64,000 nt of DNA from an uncultured delta proteobacterium (GCA_963845145.1 CAWJQU010000003.1:241476-305475); one strand, 5' to 3'. Counted from the first letter of the stretch, positions 23,082 through 33,304 are shown. Program-made: numbers and translations. The notes: a model not told the origin generated them from the letters alone.

Positions 23082-23164
23082 GTTCTCGATTCAAAATTCA
23101 GTGGTTATTACGGTTTGTCAGTCGGATAGAATTTTTTTCGGATCGAAGAGGCGTGTCAACCAAC

Positions 23165-24181
23165 CTATGGTATCAGCACACTTCGAGCCGCACCGAGTAA
23201 AGCGGCCTGGTCGTTTAAAATGACCTTTACCGGAATAGTAGCTACCATCTCGGTAAAACGGCCCTTGTTTTGAAATGCAGTCATAAAATCGCCGGTACGG
23301 ATTGCCGGAAGGATTTTAGGTGGGATCCCGCCGCCTAAATAGATGCCGCCCCGTGCCATCGTGGATAGCGCCCAATCGCCGACGATCGCACCAAATATGT
23401 CCACAAATGTCCTCATTGCATGGCGGCAGATGGGTTCTTTTTGCGACAATGCTCTATCGGTAATAATCGGAGCCGCGCTTTTCTCGTCTTTGGCAAGGGC
23501 CTTTTCAACCGCCGGTGCCGGTCGCATGGCCTCTTTATCGCGTAGCCAAAGGTAGATGTTCAATAAGCCGGTACCGCTCAAAACCCGTTCCTGACTTACC
23601 CGGCCAAAACGGTGATGCAAATACTGCCACAAACGCATCTGGTCCTTGTTGGCGGGGGCAAAACCGGAATGGCCCCCTTCCGATGCCACCGGAACGACTT
23701 GTTTGCCTTCAACAGCCACCAGCGCCTTACCCAATCCTGTTCCCGGCGCAACGATGGCCATATGCCCCTTTCGATCTGCCTTGGCCCGATTCAAAGGTAA
23801 AAAAGCAGTAGACCGTAAAACAGGGATAGCCAGGGCTGTGGCCACCAGATCATTTAAAAGCATAACCTTTGACCATCCGAATCTTTTTTTAAGATTGTTG
23901 ATCGAAACAGCCCATGGCAGGTTTGTCGTCCTGGCGCGGCCCTTAACAACAGGACCGGCCAGACCGATCCCGGCCGATTTTATTAAAGGAGCGACATTGT
24001 GTCGATCCAAAAATTTTTCGATGTGGGTCTCCAGGTCCGGCGCAGACCGGCTGGAATAGGTCTCAGGCGGGAAGACCGCGACCGGTTTGGTTTTACCCTG
24101 CCTAAAAACACCCAAATTCACCTTGGTGCCGCCGACATCACCGGCAAGAATGAGGTCCGTCTTCGTGTGGGCCTTTGGCAT
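23165..24181 (-). CDS. glk: Glucokinase
   Basis: LAGDVGGTK, AGPV, TNLPW, LLND, PGTGLG, SEGGH, GGIYLGGGI. Confidence 0.95.
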   Translation of the reverse strand: MPKAHTKTDLILAGDVGGTKVNLGVFRQGKTKPVAVFPPETYSSRSAPDLETHIEKFLDRHNVAPLIKSAGIGLAGPVVKGRARTTNLPWAVSINNLKKRFGWSKVMLLNDLVATALAIPVLRSTAFLPLNRAKADRKGHMAIVAPGTGLGKALVAVEGKQVVPVASEGGHSGFAPANKDQMRLWQYLHHRFGRVSQERVLSGTGLLNIYLWLRDKEAMRPAPAVEKALAKDEKSAAPIITDRALSQKEPICRHAMRTFVDIFGAIVGDWALSTMARGGIYLGGGIPPKILPAIRTGDFMTAFQNKGRFTEMVATIPVKVILNDQAALLGAARSVLIP

Positions 24182-24399
24182 TAATAATACCCCTAATTGT
24201 CAGTCATTTAAGTCTAAGTGCGCTGAAATTGGTTGTCAAGAAATGTGATTTTTATCGCCACCCCATAAGTCCGTGGAAAATAACGGGCAATGTATTCCGT
24301 ATCCTACAGGGCTGTGATATCGTTACTTATGATTATTGATGACCATCGGCCTCCCCCTTTTTGTTTACGAGACAATTGGATCGCGACGATAACCGATTT

Positions 24400-25605
24400 A
24401 TGGAAACCATCGATCTGATACAATGCCGGCGGCTGGCGCTGGCCCGGGCCTGTTTGCTAAAACCCGAGTGGACCCAAATACCGCGACGGGCCACTGGACA
24501 AACCCGGAGAGCACGTCGGGCAGCGCACCAGGTGATTGGGCGCTTTGGGTATCTGCAGCTCGACACAGTAGCCGTGGCCGGTGCCCGCAGCCATACTATT
24601 GTCTTGCTCTCCCGCTTAGACGGTTTTGACCCGGCATTGGCGGAAATGTTACTCCAACCAGGAGAACCCCTGTTTGAATACTGGGGCCACGAGGCCTGCT
24701 GGATCCCCATTGATCTTTACCCTGTGTTTGCCTTCCGTCGCAAAGCGTATCAACATCATCCCTGGTGGGGCGATCTTATCGGACAGCACCCCCGTATCGC
24801 CGATAATCTGACCCGCCGCATTCAAGCGGAAGGCCCATTACGCTCCCTGGAGATGGAAGGCCGGGGAAGCCGGGGGTGGTGGGACCTTAAAATTGCCAAG
24901 CGGGTCGCCACGGCCCTCTGGTCGGCCGGGATCCTTGCAATTCGCGAAAGACGAAATTTTCAGCGGGTGTACGACCTTACCGAACGTGTAATACCGGAAA
25001 AGTGGCGCTGCCAGGACCTTGCCAAGGAAAAGGCCTTGGAGCAGTTGCTGTTAAAAGCGTTTGATGGCCACGGATGGGCAACAAACGGCACCCTTTCACA
25101 GACCTGGCGCCTACGTAATGCCCGGGATGATGTTCGCGCGGCTCTAACCCGACTGAAGGATAAAGGCATGATCGTTTCATGTACCCTGGTATGTGATGAC
25201 AACCGGCGCATTCCGGGGTGGGTACGCTTACAGGACCTAGCGTTGGCAGATCGCCTCAAACGGGTACGCCCGTCGAAAGACCGAGGCGTTTTATTGTCGC
25301 CTTTCGACCCGCTACTTTGGGACCGTAAACGGGTCAAGCTGCTGTTTGGCTTCAATCAGGTATTGGAAATTTTCAAGCCGGCCCCTAAACGGGTTTACGG
25401 GTACTACTGCCTCCCGGTACTGGCCGGGGACAAACTCGTGGCACGGGTTGATCTTAAGGCCGATCGTAAAAGCCGCAAACTGCATATCCTGTCGTACCAA
25501 TATGAAGCGGAAACGGATGGGCGCCATGCACCTGCCGCCGACCGGGAAGCGTTGCGCTACGCCATAACGCGCTACGCTGAAGCCCTGAATTTGAGACCGA
25601 TCTGA
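24400..25605 (+). CDS. YcaQ/AlkZ-like winged-helix DNA glycosylase
   Basis: LQLD (QxD), FEYWGHEAC, LLSPFDPLLWDR, RVYGYYCLP, DLKADR. Confidence 0.85.
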   Translation: METIDLIQCRRLALARACLLKPEWTQIPRRATGQTRRARRAAHQVIGRFGYLQLDTVAVAGARSHTIVLLSRLDGFDPALAEMLLQPGEPLFEYWGHEACWIPIDLYPVFAFRRKAYQHHPWWGDLIGQHPRIADNLTRRIQAEGPLRSLEMEGRGSRGWWDLKIAKRVATALWSAGILAIRERRNFQRVYDLTERVIPEKWRCQDLAKEKALEQLLLKAFDGHGWATNGTLSQTWRLRNARDDVRAALTRLKDKGMIVSCTLVCDDNRRIPGWVRLQDLALADRLKRVRPSKDRGVLLSPFDPLLWDRKRVKLLFGFNQVLEIFKPAPKRVYGYYCLPVLAGDKLVARVDLKADRKSRKLHILSYQYEAETDGRHAPAADREALRYAITRYAEALNLRPI

Positions 25606-25635
25606 ATTTGAGATCGGCCTGAATTTGAGGCCAGC
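25585..25635 (+). repeat. Three 17-bp tandem copies across the stop codon
   Basis: CTGAATTTGAGACCGAT / CTGAATTTGAGATCGGC / CTGAATTTGAGGCCAGC. Confidence 0.85.
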
Positions 25636-25730
25636 AGGGCTATCTGTATAGAGGAGATGGTAAAAAACGGTTATTTTAAACATCCCATTATGCAGATGGG
25701 CATGACCTGAAAAAAGAAAGCCTTCCGTCT

Positions 25731-26729
25731 ATGCCGAGACTTTATATCGATGAATACACCCGCATTCTGGCCGGCCGGCAAGTTAATATTGCTTGTCGGG
25801 AAGGAATTTTGCGCGATCATTTTGATGTCATTGTCAACGACATCAAATTTTTGAACCGCCAGGGTATCGTTACCACCCTCTTCCACAACATGGCCAATCG
25901 GTTTGCCAACCAAAAGCATTTTCAAACGCTGTCTGATCGTCTGATTGAAACCCGCATCGTCCGTGTACCTTCCGACACAGATTTCTATACTGAAGTCCTC
26001 AGCCGGGACCCGGGATACAAGCTGATCTTTCTGGAACGCAAATACCTCACCGATCCCAAAGGACGCCGTATCAATGTCCTGGATACCGGTCATGTTCGTG
26101 ATTCATGGTACAGCTATGGCGACCTGATCGCCAATGCCAGTTTTAAATCGACGATGGAAAAGATCTGTAAGCGAATTGATGCAGGGCATCTCGACCGCGT
26201 TCATATACTACCGGTGCGGAAACATACGATAAAACACGAACTTTTCACGGTTGAGGGCACCGGCACCCTGATTGCCAACAACTTCCAGGAATCCTTTCTG
26301 CCAATTCTGAGAGACGAAGACGGACAGTTGGTGGCTGCTATTCTGAAGCTTTATAAAACCGATGGCTACCTCAAACCGCGTGACGAGATGTATATCAACG
26401 CTCACCGTGACAATTTTTATATGACTCAAATAGATGGGATAGCCGTTGGCTGCGTCGAATTGATACAGATCGATACCCAAACTGCCGAACTGGGGGCCCT
26501 GGCCATATCGACCCGCTTTCGAGGCCAACGGGTCGGCATTTTTACCGTCAAGTCATTTATCCAGGAAGCGCGCCGACGGGGATATCGCAAGATCATCTCC
26601 CTAACGAAAAACCCGCGCCTGCAATCGCTTTACATCAAACTGGGATTTTTACGACAATCGCCTGAAAGGTTAGCCAACCGCCAGGCCCGCTCAGAAAAAA
26701 CACCGATGTATATTTATAGGGTAGGATGA
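25731..26729 (+). CDS. GNAT acetyltransferase, shortened ArgA-like architecture
   Basis: HELFTVEGTGTLI linker as in ArgA; AELGALAI...FRGQRVG. Confidence 0.65.
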   Translation: MPRLYIDEYTRILAGRQVNIACREGILRDHFDVIVNDIKFLNRQGIVTTLFHNMANRFANQKHFQTLSDRLIETRIVRVPSDTDFYTEVLSRDPGYKLIFLERKYLTDPKGRRINVLDTGHVRDSWYSYGDLIANASFKSTMEKICKRIDAGHLDRVHILPVRKHTIKHELFTVEGTGTLIANNFQESFLPILRDEDGQLVAAILKLYKTDGYLKPRDEMYINAHRDNFYMTQIDGIAVGCVELIQIDTQTAELGALAISTRFRGQRVGIFTVKSFIQEARRRGYRKIISLTKNPRLQSLYIKLGFLRQSPERLANRQARSEKTPMYIYRVG

Positions 26730-26730
26730 C

Positions 26731-27672
26731 TCACTTGGGGTCACAATCGATAGCCACGGAACATTCCCCGTCCTCGTCACTTAAAAACGTCATTCCATCG
26801 CCGCCGCTTGTAGATTGGGATGATGGGTCATAGTACATGACATCCGCTTCCGTGAAACAGGCATGTTGGATGTAATTCACAATTTTCTTTTCACCCTTGA
26901 TTAACCGATAGCCTTCCGGGCTTTTAACGATCAGCACCGGTACGGTATCTATTCCCAGGACACCAATTGCAAGGCGATTGATTTCGGGTGAAAAGTTGGG
27001 ATTTAGATCGATAGCCATGTCCGCCGGGAATTTATCCAAAGATCCGATGGCATCGATTGGATTCAAATACAGATCGCAGCTATTGCAGGTACTCAGCGCT
27101 TTAAGCACATTTTCACAATAAGGGCAGTTCGACGAAAACACCAGGTAGATCTCTTTGGTCGGTGCCGAACAGGACTTTAAACCGTAAGCGGCCGATTTTA
27201 ACGGTTCTGCTTGTGAGTAGATCCCGGCCGGTAAAAACGTTAAGATGGAAAAAGAAAAAAACGTTACGCCCAATACAGCTGCACCGATGATCGTTTGCCG
27301 TTTACCATAAAGGAGGTTCAGCACAAGCACCAATCCGAATATCAGCAGACAATAGCCGCAAAAGGAGCGCGCGACAAATACCTGGTAGGCCAGTAAAACC
27401 GTATCGAAAACGAGCCCGGTGGTGAGAACGACAGCCAGCAGGTCAACAGGCCCGGCCGGTTTACTTTCTCGAAGGCGCCCCCCCCACAAAATCGATAGAA
27501 AAAAAACAAATCCCAGCAAATTGATAAAAAAAGGCGAAATCAGGGTTAGGCCTTCAACCACCTTGCATCCGGCATTGGGACAAATCGCCGATCCTGTAAA
27601 CAGGCCATATACAGCCTGAATGGCTGTAACCATACCACCCATAAAGGCGATTATTTGCATTGGCTTTTTCAA
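26731..27672 (-). CDS. VKOR-like membrane domain fused to a thioredoxin-like domain
   Basis: CPNAGC loop, TM FCGYC, soluble CPYC, extra Cys residues. Confidence 0.65.
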   Translation of the reverse strand: MKKPMQIIAFMGGMVTAIQAVYGLFTGSAICPNAGCKVVEGLTLISPFFINLLGFVFFLSILWGGRLRESKPAGPVDLLAVVLTTGLVFDTVLLAYQVFVARSFCGYCLLIFGLVLVLNLLYGKRQTIIGAAVLGVTFFSFSILTFLPAGIYSQAEPLKSAAYGLKSCSAPTKEIYLVFSSNCPYCENVLKALSTCNSCDLYLNPIDAIGSLDKFPADMAIDLNPNFSPEINRLAIGVLGIDTVPVLIVKSPEGYRLIKGEKKIVNYIQHACFTEADVMYYDPSSQSTSGGDGMTFLSDEDGECSVAIDCDPK

Positions 27673-27761
27673 ACCGTCATCTCATGAGTAACCGCAGACA
27701 TCTGCCGCAACCGGGTAAAAACATGGCCGCAGTGACAAAAACCGCAGTAAGTATATTTTAA

Positions 27762-28583
27762 CTATGCCTCAGCACTAACCTCAGACGCTTTTTTTCTCCG
27801 ATGAAGTTGAACAGGATCTTTTACCCATTTTCTTTCAACCCAGTTTTGATACAGATCAACACTGAACATCAACATAAGGATAAATATGACAATCCATTGG
27901 GGAATATAGGGAAAAGAGCTGCCGCTGACCATCAGGTGGGCCACATGCCCCCCTTCCAGGATCAAAACGAACCCAATGAGGAGCAGCACAAACAACCCCA
28001 GAATCTCAAAGTCCGGATTGCGGCTCATGTAATCGGAAATAAAACCGGCAAAGGCCAGCATGATAATGACGGAAATAACCACCGACCCTACCATCACCAA
28101 GAAAATGTCGGTCATGCCAACCACCGTTAAAATCGAATCGACCGAAAACAACAGGTTCATCCCCACAATGAGAAAAAGAACACCGCCAAAGCTAGCCACT
28201 TCGCCCACTTCCTGCTCCATTCCCTTGGACTTCAAACGGAGCTCTTTAATCCCCTTCCAGATTAAAAACAGCCCCCCGACAAACAACACAACGGCCTTGC
28301 CGCTCAGACTGGCCTTAAAGGCAACCCCCAAAAAGGATGTATCGACATGATAAAAAACACTGGTTGCATATTTTAATACCCAACTCACCATGGCCAGGAG
28401 AATGATACGAAACGCCATGGCCAGCAACAAGCCCAGGTTAACGGCTTTTTTGCGCTGATGAAGGGGGAGTTTATTGGCCATGATTGTGATGATGATCAGA
28501 TTGTCGGCCCCCAGGGCAATCTGAATCAATGTCACCGAAAAAAGATTCATCCAAAAAACCGGCTCAAAAAAAACGTCAAACAT
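27762..28583 (-). CDS. TerC family membrane protein
   Basis: LGADNL, GGLFLIWKG, FSVDSILTVVGM. Confidence 0.9.
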   Translation of the reverse strand: MFDVFFEPVFWMNLFSVTLIQIALGADNLIIITIMANKLPLHQRKKAVNLGLLLAMAFRIILLAMVSWVLKYATSVFYHVDTSFLGVAFKASLSGKAVVLFVGGLFLIWKGIKELRLKSKGMEQEVGEVASFGGVLFLIVGMNLLFSVDSILTVVGMTDIFLVMVGSVVISVIIMLAFAGFISDYMSRNPDFEILGLFVLLLIGFVLILEGGHVAHLMVSGSSFPYIPQWIVIFILMLMFSVDLYQNWVERKWVKDPVQLHRRKKASEVSAEA

Positions 28584-28751
28584 ATCGCTTAATCTCCAAT
28601 GATATTATTATCCGAATCCAAAAACATCAGACCGGCCATTTTTCTAACAAGAAATATTATAATATTCAAGACGGATGGAGAAACAGCAGGTGTGCGTCAT
28701 AATCCAGATTGTATTTTTGGGTGTCCGTTATATAAGGAATGTGCGTGGTGG

Positions 28752-29006
28752 TTAGATGGGTATTATCTGAACGCCTTCACCTGCCAGGAACGCGGTTGTT
28801 TTCCCACAGACCGGTGCACCTGTTTTTAAGGCAAAGGTTGCTTGAGGCCGAACTGTTTTTATTTTCCTGATTTTTTCCAGGATCTTTTTACCATCAGCCA
28901 TAATAATTCGACTCTTTCGGTTTATGACGATGGCAACCGTATTCTCCCCGACCTGCTCAACAACCGTTCTGGGCGTTAGCCCAAATTCTTTTGGTTCCAA
29001 TATCAT
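28752..29006 (-). CDS. Small hypothetical protein
   Basis: 84-aa ORF with protein-like composition; no family recognised. Confidence 0.6.
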   Translation of the reverse strand: MILEPKEFGLTPRTVVEQVGENTVAIVINRKSRIIMADGKKILEKIRKIKTVRPQATFALKTGAPVCGKTTAFLAGEGVQIIPI

Positions 29007-29124
29007 CGTCGGTGTATTCCCTAATCCATGGTATGCAAGTTAAACGGCTAATATTAGCCTCAATGTTTTAAAAAAATAACAGATCGAAAGGGTATTGGCT
29101 AATAATACAGGTCGATTAGCTCAA

Positions 29125-29526
29125 TCATTTATTATCATCATTCGGGTGATACTTTTTGCCGGGGTATAACTTTTTGTAAGTTAAGATCAAAAAGTGATCT
29201 TCGATCAATGTCGTTATCATTTTTTTGTCGGCAGGTGATATTCTCGTAAAATGTACGCCAATGGCATCGTAGAGATTATCATTCGAAATACGTTTACCCC
29301 ACCATACTTTTTTACAGGCTATTGACATTTTACGGCCGTTTGGCAATTTGATAGCTACATCAAATTCATCATCGGTTTCAGGCACTTCTGAAAATAACAT
29401 GATGGAAAGGCCGCTAATACTGATGTCAACGGTTTTACCTTCCATTGGGCCTTGGGGCGTTTTCACAACCATTGTTAAGGCTAAAGGGGCTCGAAGGTGG
29501 TGGCGTCTTTCAATTCCGTTTTTCAT
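29125..29526 (-). CDS. PilZ domain protein
   Basis: ERRHHLR, DISISG, IGVHF. Confidence 0.85.
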   Translation of the reverse strand: MKNGIERRHHLRAPLALTMVVKTPQGPMEGKTVDISISGLSIMLFSEVPETDDEFDVAIKLPNGRKMSIACKKVWWGKRISNDNLYDAIGVHFTRISPADKKMITTLIEDHFLILTYKKLYPGKKYHPNDDNK

Positions 29527-29544
29527 TTGCAGGTATTGCCTGTT

Positions 29545-29637
29545 TTAGTATGAAAAGATGTCATCAAGTTTAATCACGCCTTCGGCTTTTGTATAGATAA
29601 CGTTTTCATTTCTGTTGTATTCTATAGAGATTGGCAT
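29545..29637 (-). pseudogene. 30-codon ORF, probably the N-terminal stub of a truncated gene
   Basis: MPISIEYNRNENVIYTKAEGVIKLDDIFSY* after a GAGAAAA leader; below the ORF-track length cut-off. Confidence 0.4.
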
Positions 29638-29807
29638 AGATTTTCTCGTTTGATCGTTAGGCATTGATAGCGGTGAACCCAATAGCCTGGAAAACGATCA
29701 GCTACGATTAAGCGTTAAGGTAGCGGGTTGAAAGGGAGGGGGGACAAAATCATACAGACACCATACTTAACTTTAAAAAGGATAACGTGTCCTGCCAACA
29801 CAGAAGA

Positions 29808-30287
29808 TTATATCACAAGATTGGAAATTAGATAAAACTGCCATGAAACGATTGTTATAAAAACCGCTAAAAAAAAATACAATAATGAACCAGTATGTAT
29901 CTTAAACGGTCTAATATAAATATTTCTGAACATCAATAGCGTAACGACACCAATAATCGTTAATGCGTATTTGGTAGCAAAAAACCAATACGGTCCAACC
30001 TGTATATAAAATGCCATTATGGGATTAAGCTCAATGGCACCGTTGTTAATCAAGAATAAGGTCAGCAAGGCATCAACAGCACTTAAGGTTAAAATAATAA
30101 CGATCGCAGAAAAATAGAAGGCATTGTATTGATCCACAAAAAAGAATTTTTGTTTATCTACTTTACGCCGAATATTTTTTCTTCTGCCACCAAAGATAAG
30201 TGACCGAATATTTATCCTGTTTTCTTTCCGCCGATCCACTCCTAATCTTTTATGAACGTTGATTTTATTTTTTTGAAGAATATCCAT
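29808..30287 (-). CDS. DUF5658-like small membrane protein
   Basis: DRR-rich N-terminus, DALLT...GAIELNPIM, K in TM; AT-rich. Confidence 0.7.
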   Translation of the reverse strand: MDILQKNKINVHKRLGVDRRKENRINIRSLIFGGRRKNIRRKVDKQKFFFVDQYNAFYFSAIVIILTLSAVDALLTLFLINNGAIELNPIMAFYIQVGPYWFFATKYALTIIGVVTLLMFRNIYIRPFKIHTGSLLYFFLAVFITIVSWQFYLISNLVI

Positions 30288-30540
30288 AACTATCAGCTAT
30301 CTTATTAATTTTCTCAGAATTTTTTCTCCTAACCTTACCTTATGCAATATATACACCAATCCAATAAAAACATTCTATCTGACTGTAATTTTTGAAATAA
30401 AATTATTGTTAGGAGCTAAGCTGGTTTGATAATTGGGAAAAGTGGAAATAATTGTTCGATTATATGAAAAAAATTCACACCTACTGATCCAAAAAAGAGA
30501 ATATGAAGCTGTCATCCCATTTTGACTGGTGAGGTGGTCT

Positions 30541-30680
30541 GTTGAGTTCGTAGGGTTGGTAGGGTTCGTTGAGTTTATTGAGTTCGTTAAGTTCATAGGG
30601 TTCATTGAGTTTATTGAGTTTATTGAGTTTACCCAACAAGCCCTATCAACCCAATAAGCCCCAGTACTCAAGGAACCCCT
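30541..30680. repeat. Degenerate 9-bp tandem array (10 units) followed by inverted units
   Basis: gttgagttc/gtagggttg/attgagttt units at 30541-30630, then acccaacaa/gccctatca/acccaataa. Confidence 0.85.
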
Positions 30681-31575
30681 TATAGGGGACGTTGTTGACA
30701 ATATGTTCAAACTTAAGCATCCTTACTTCGCCTTAGGGTTCGCGTAAAAATAAGTTCACAATTTTAGGCGTTGAGGCGCCCGCATGGCAAGGCGTGAAAG
30801 TGATGGAATATCGAGATATTCCGAGCTTTCACAACGTCGCCAGACGGGATGCATCGGCGTATAAAATGTGAAATTATTTTTCCGCTAGCCCTTAATAACT
30901 GCGCAACACCGGATGTCGATATGCCCACCTGTCTTGCTGTTTCTGCTAAAGATACACCATAGTCATTGATCAGTTTCAAGGTGAATACGCTTCTCAGGTT
31001 CGGTAAACGGGGGCGGCGACTGCCGCCTTGAAGTCTGGCCACAGTTACTTTGGCCTTCCTGCATTGATTCTTGATCTCTTGGCGGATGTTTTTTTGCAGC
31101 TCAATCGCTGGTAACTGATGTTTTATCTTTTCCGCGGCATTCTCAATCACCTTTGTGACAAACTCCCCATTGCCGAGTATCCTTTCACCACTTGCCTCTT
31201 TAATGCCGCTATTTCGCATCGCTTTTACATTGGACCAGCCACCCATGGATCTAATTAAGCCTCCCCCCGTCAAATCAGGCCTTTTCCCAAGAACGATTCC
31301 TTTTTGGACAGTAGTAAAAAATGGGCATGATTGGTGATCAGCGACCAGGCATAAATGGATGTCTTTGTATCCATGGCGGTTGCGCTCATACGGATTACAA
31401 AATTTTCACGATCCTTGTCATCATCAACAATCCTGCGCCTTTCAATACCCCGAAGAATCACATGATGAAACGTTCCCGGAGCATCCAGCCTTGGGCCTCG
31501 CGGCATTTAAGCCACCTTTTTCCTTTTCTCCTTAATATCGCTTGATATTGTATTTTATCATCAACGTCCCCTATA
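30681..31575 (-). mobile_element. REP-associated tyrosine transposase (RAYT-like) element, internally deleted, bounded by 18-bp inverted repeats
   Basis: MPRGPRLDAPGTFHHVILRGIERR...TNHAH (HUH); C-terminal part GGGLIRSMGGW...ERILG; IRs TATAGGGGACGTTGTTGA (30681-30698) and TCATCAACGTCCCCTATA (31558-31575). Confidence 0.85.
30736..30891. mobile_element. 156-bp palindromic MITE with TTA target duplication
   Basis: Imperfect TIRs of about 30 bp; TTA at 30733-30735 and 30892-30894; empty site at 33821-33823. Confidence 0.88.
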
Positions 31576-31737
31576 CTAAACGTTGCTGAAAGAGAAACTA
31601 AGGGTTGGAAGTTGTGAAATTTAATTCATGTAGATGCTTATCTGACGAGGCTTTTAACTATCCTATTGCGTGATTTAGCAGGAATCGGTTCCGCACCTCG
31701 ATATCGTGGATTGATATGAGGAGTATCCAATAATTCC

Positions 31738-32547
31738 CTATTGCTGGAAACAGTATATTCTAACTTCATTTAAGCAAATTTGAGGGAAGGATGATCTTGT
31801 CCACTCGCCATTATTAAAATCTACGTAACCAGTTGTTGCCTCAAAAGTTGACGATCCGTCCGTCCAGTCAGTACAATTGCCACCACCCATTAGGACGCCG
31901 CCGTCTATGTCGGTACCTGTCCATACTGGCACGCTCCAAGAGTAGTTCGTTACGATTCTTTCATTTGTCTCTGTTAAATTGATTCTTTGATCTAAGTTTC
32001 CGTCAGTTAAATCGGCCCATGAGGACGCTATCATTGTATGATCTAGCAGGTAATACGGGTGATCAGATTTAATGAAGCGGTTGCTGGGACTCAGGTCTGT
32101 GTCCGACAACCAGGCTCTCCATAAACCACGTAGTCCGTTATTTCGGGCAAGATCCAGACATATTGCATCTGCACCATCTAATCCGCCCATGTCTCCGGTG
32201 TGGGTAGTGCTGGAAAGAAATACATAGTTACCTACTTTTCCGCATATCCCTGAATAGCACTCCTGTGTGATACACTCGCTGTGACTATTACACTCTGCAC
32301 CTGATGCTTTGAGGCAGATTCCTGATGTGCAGATTCCGGGACTATTGAGGGGTTGAAGGGTATCGCATTGGGTGTTACAGCTCCCGCAGTGATTCGGATT
32401 ATTCTGGGTGTCGACACAGGTGCCGTCACATGACTCAAGCTCTGATGGACAGGTAGATAGTGGTATGACGACTACTGATTGATGAGCATATACTGCATAA
32501 AAACTAAGCAAAAAACCCAGGACCGTTACTGCTGCGATTTTCTTCAT
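31738..32547 (-). CDS. Secreted Cys-rich protein with DUF1554/endostatin-like C-terminal domain
   Basis: Signal peptide; CDGTCVDTQNNPNHCGSCNTQC; GGLDGADAIC, WRAWLS, VWTGT, NCTDWT, IYCFQQ. Confidence 0.75.
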   Translation of the reverse strand: MKKIAAVTVLGFLLSFYAVYAHQSVVVIPLSTCPSELESCDGTCVDTQNNPNHCGSCNTQCDTLQPLNSPGICTSGICLKASGAECNSHSECITQECYSGICGKVGNYVFLSSTTHTGDMGGLDGADAICLDLARNNGLRGLWRAWLSDTDLSPSNRFIKSDHPYYLLDHTMIASSWADLTDGNLDQRINLTETNERIVTNYSWSVPVWTGTDIDGGVLMGGGNCTDWTDGSSTFEATTGYVDFNNGEWTRSSFPQICLNEVRIYCFQQ

Positions 32548-32831
32548 GATCTTCTTTGACCCTATGTAGCACCTTAAATGATGAGAGCTTGCTTTTTGAG
32601 AGCGGTTAAGCCAAAAATTCGAGATTGTGTACGGTTATGCTATTATTCGTAATATATGGTGTCTTCCGATTTCCGCTTCCCGTTTATATCCAAATCGTGA
32701 CACGAAAAAAAACGTATATATCCAATGGCGGTTGGGGAGTCAATTGGAAATTTTTCCGAAATGGCCCTAAACCAACACTCGCTCGTAAATATACGATAAG
32801 GGATGCAACCTGTGCAACCTGGAGGTATAGG

Positions 32832-33267
32832 GGACCAGCCGCCCATGGATCTGATTAAGCCTCCCCCAGTCAAATCAGACCTTTTTCCAAGAACGATTCC
32901 TTTTTGGACAAATGCTTTATAAGATCTCCTGGCCTGTTTTTCTTTTCGGCCAAACCATTTTAAAACATACCTCACATCCTGCCATTCATTTTCGCTGTGT
33001 CCCATAATCACGCAATGGCCGCCCCACCGGTACCGATCAAGCGCCGCCATGGTTTTTACAATACCAGCTCTTAATGGATTCAAATAAATATATCGCACCA
33101 GTTCCTTAAAATAAGGGTCTTCCTCACAAATAATGGACTTATAACGGTTTTGAAATAAATGGCCATAGCGCCTGTGTCGACGGTTGTATGATATGGCATA
33201 GCCCGAAAGAAACCGGCGCATGAACTTTGGTAGACCGACGGTGCTGCTGCGTAGTAAAAAATGGGCA
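32832..33267 (-). pseudogene. Internal fragment of a RAYT-like transposase
   Basis: HFLLRS...YNRRHRRYGHLFQNRYKS...YIYLNPLRAG...GGGLIRSMGGW; ends nearly identical to copy 1. Confidence 0.88.
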
Positions 33268-33304
33268 CATTTCTTAAAGCCAGAAAAAAACTTTAACCGG
33301 GCGT

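Noticed and set aside
29651..29700. Hairpin TGATCGTT-AGGC-ATTG...CAAT-A-GCCT...AACGATCA as a riboswitch or attC
   Set aside because: Contains GTTAGGC but not in an R''-L''-L'-R' arrangement, and I recognise no riboswitch consensus; left unassigned
30375..30710. 111-aa ORF with NSINS repeats
   Set aside because: Translation of the 9-bp array; no protein-like content outside it
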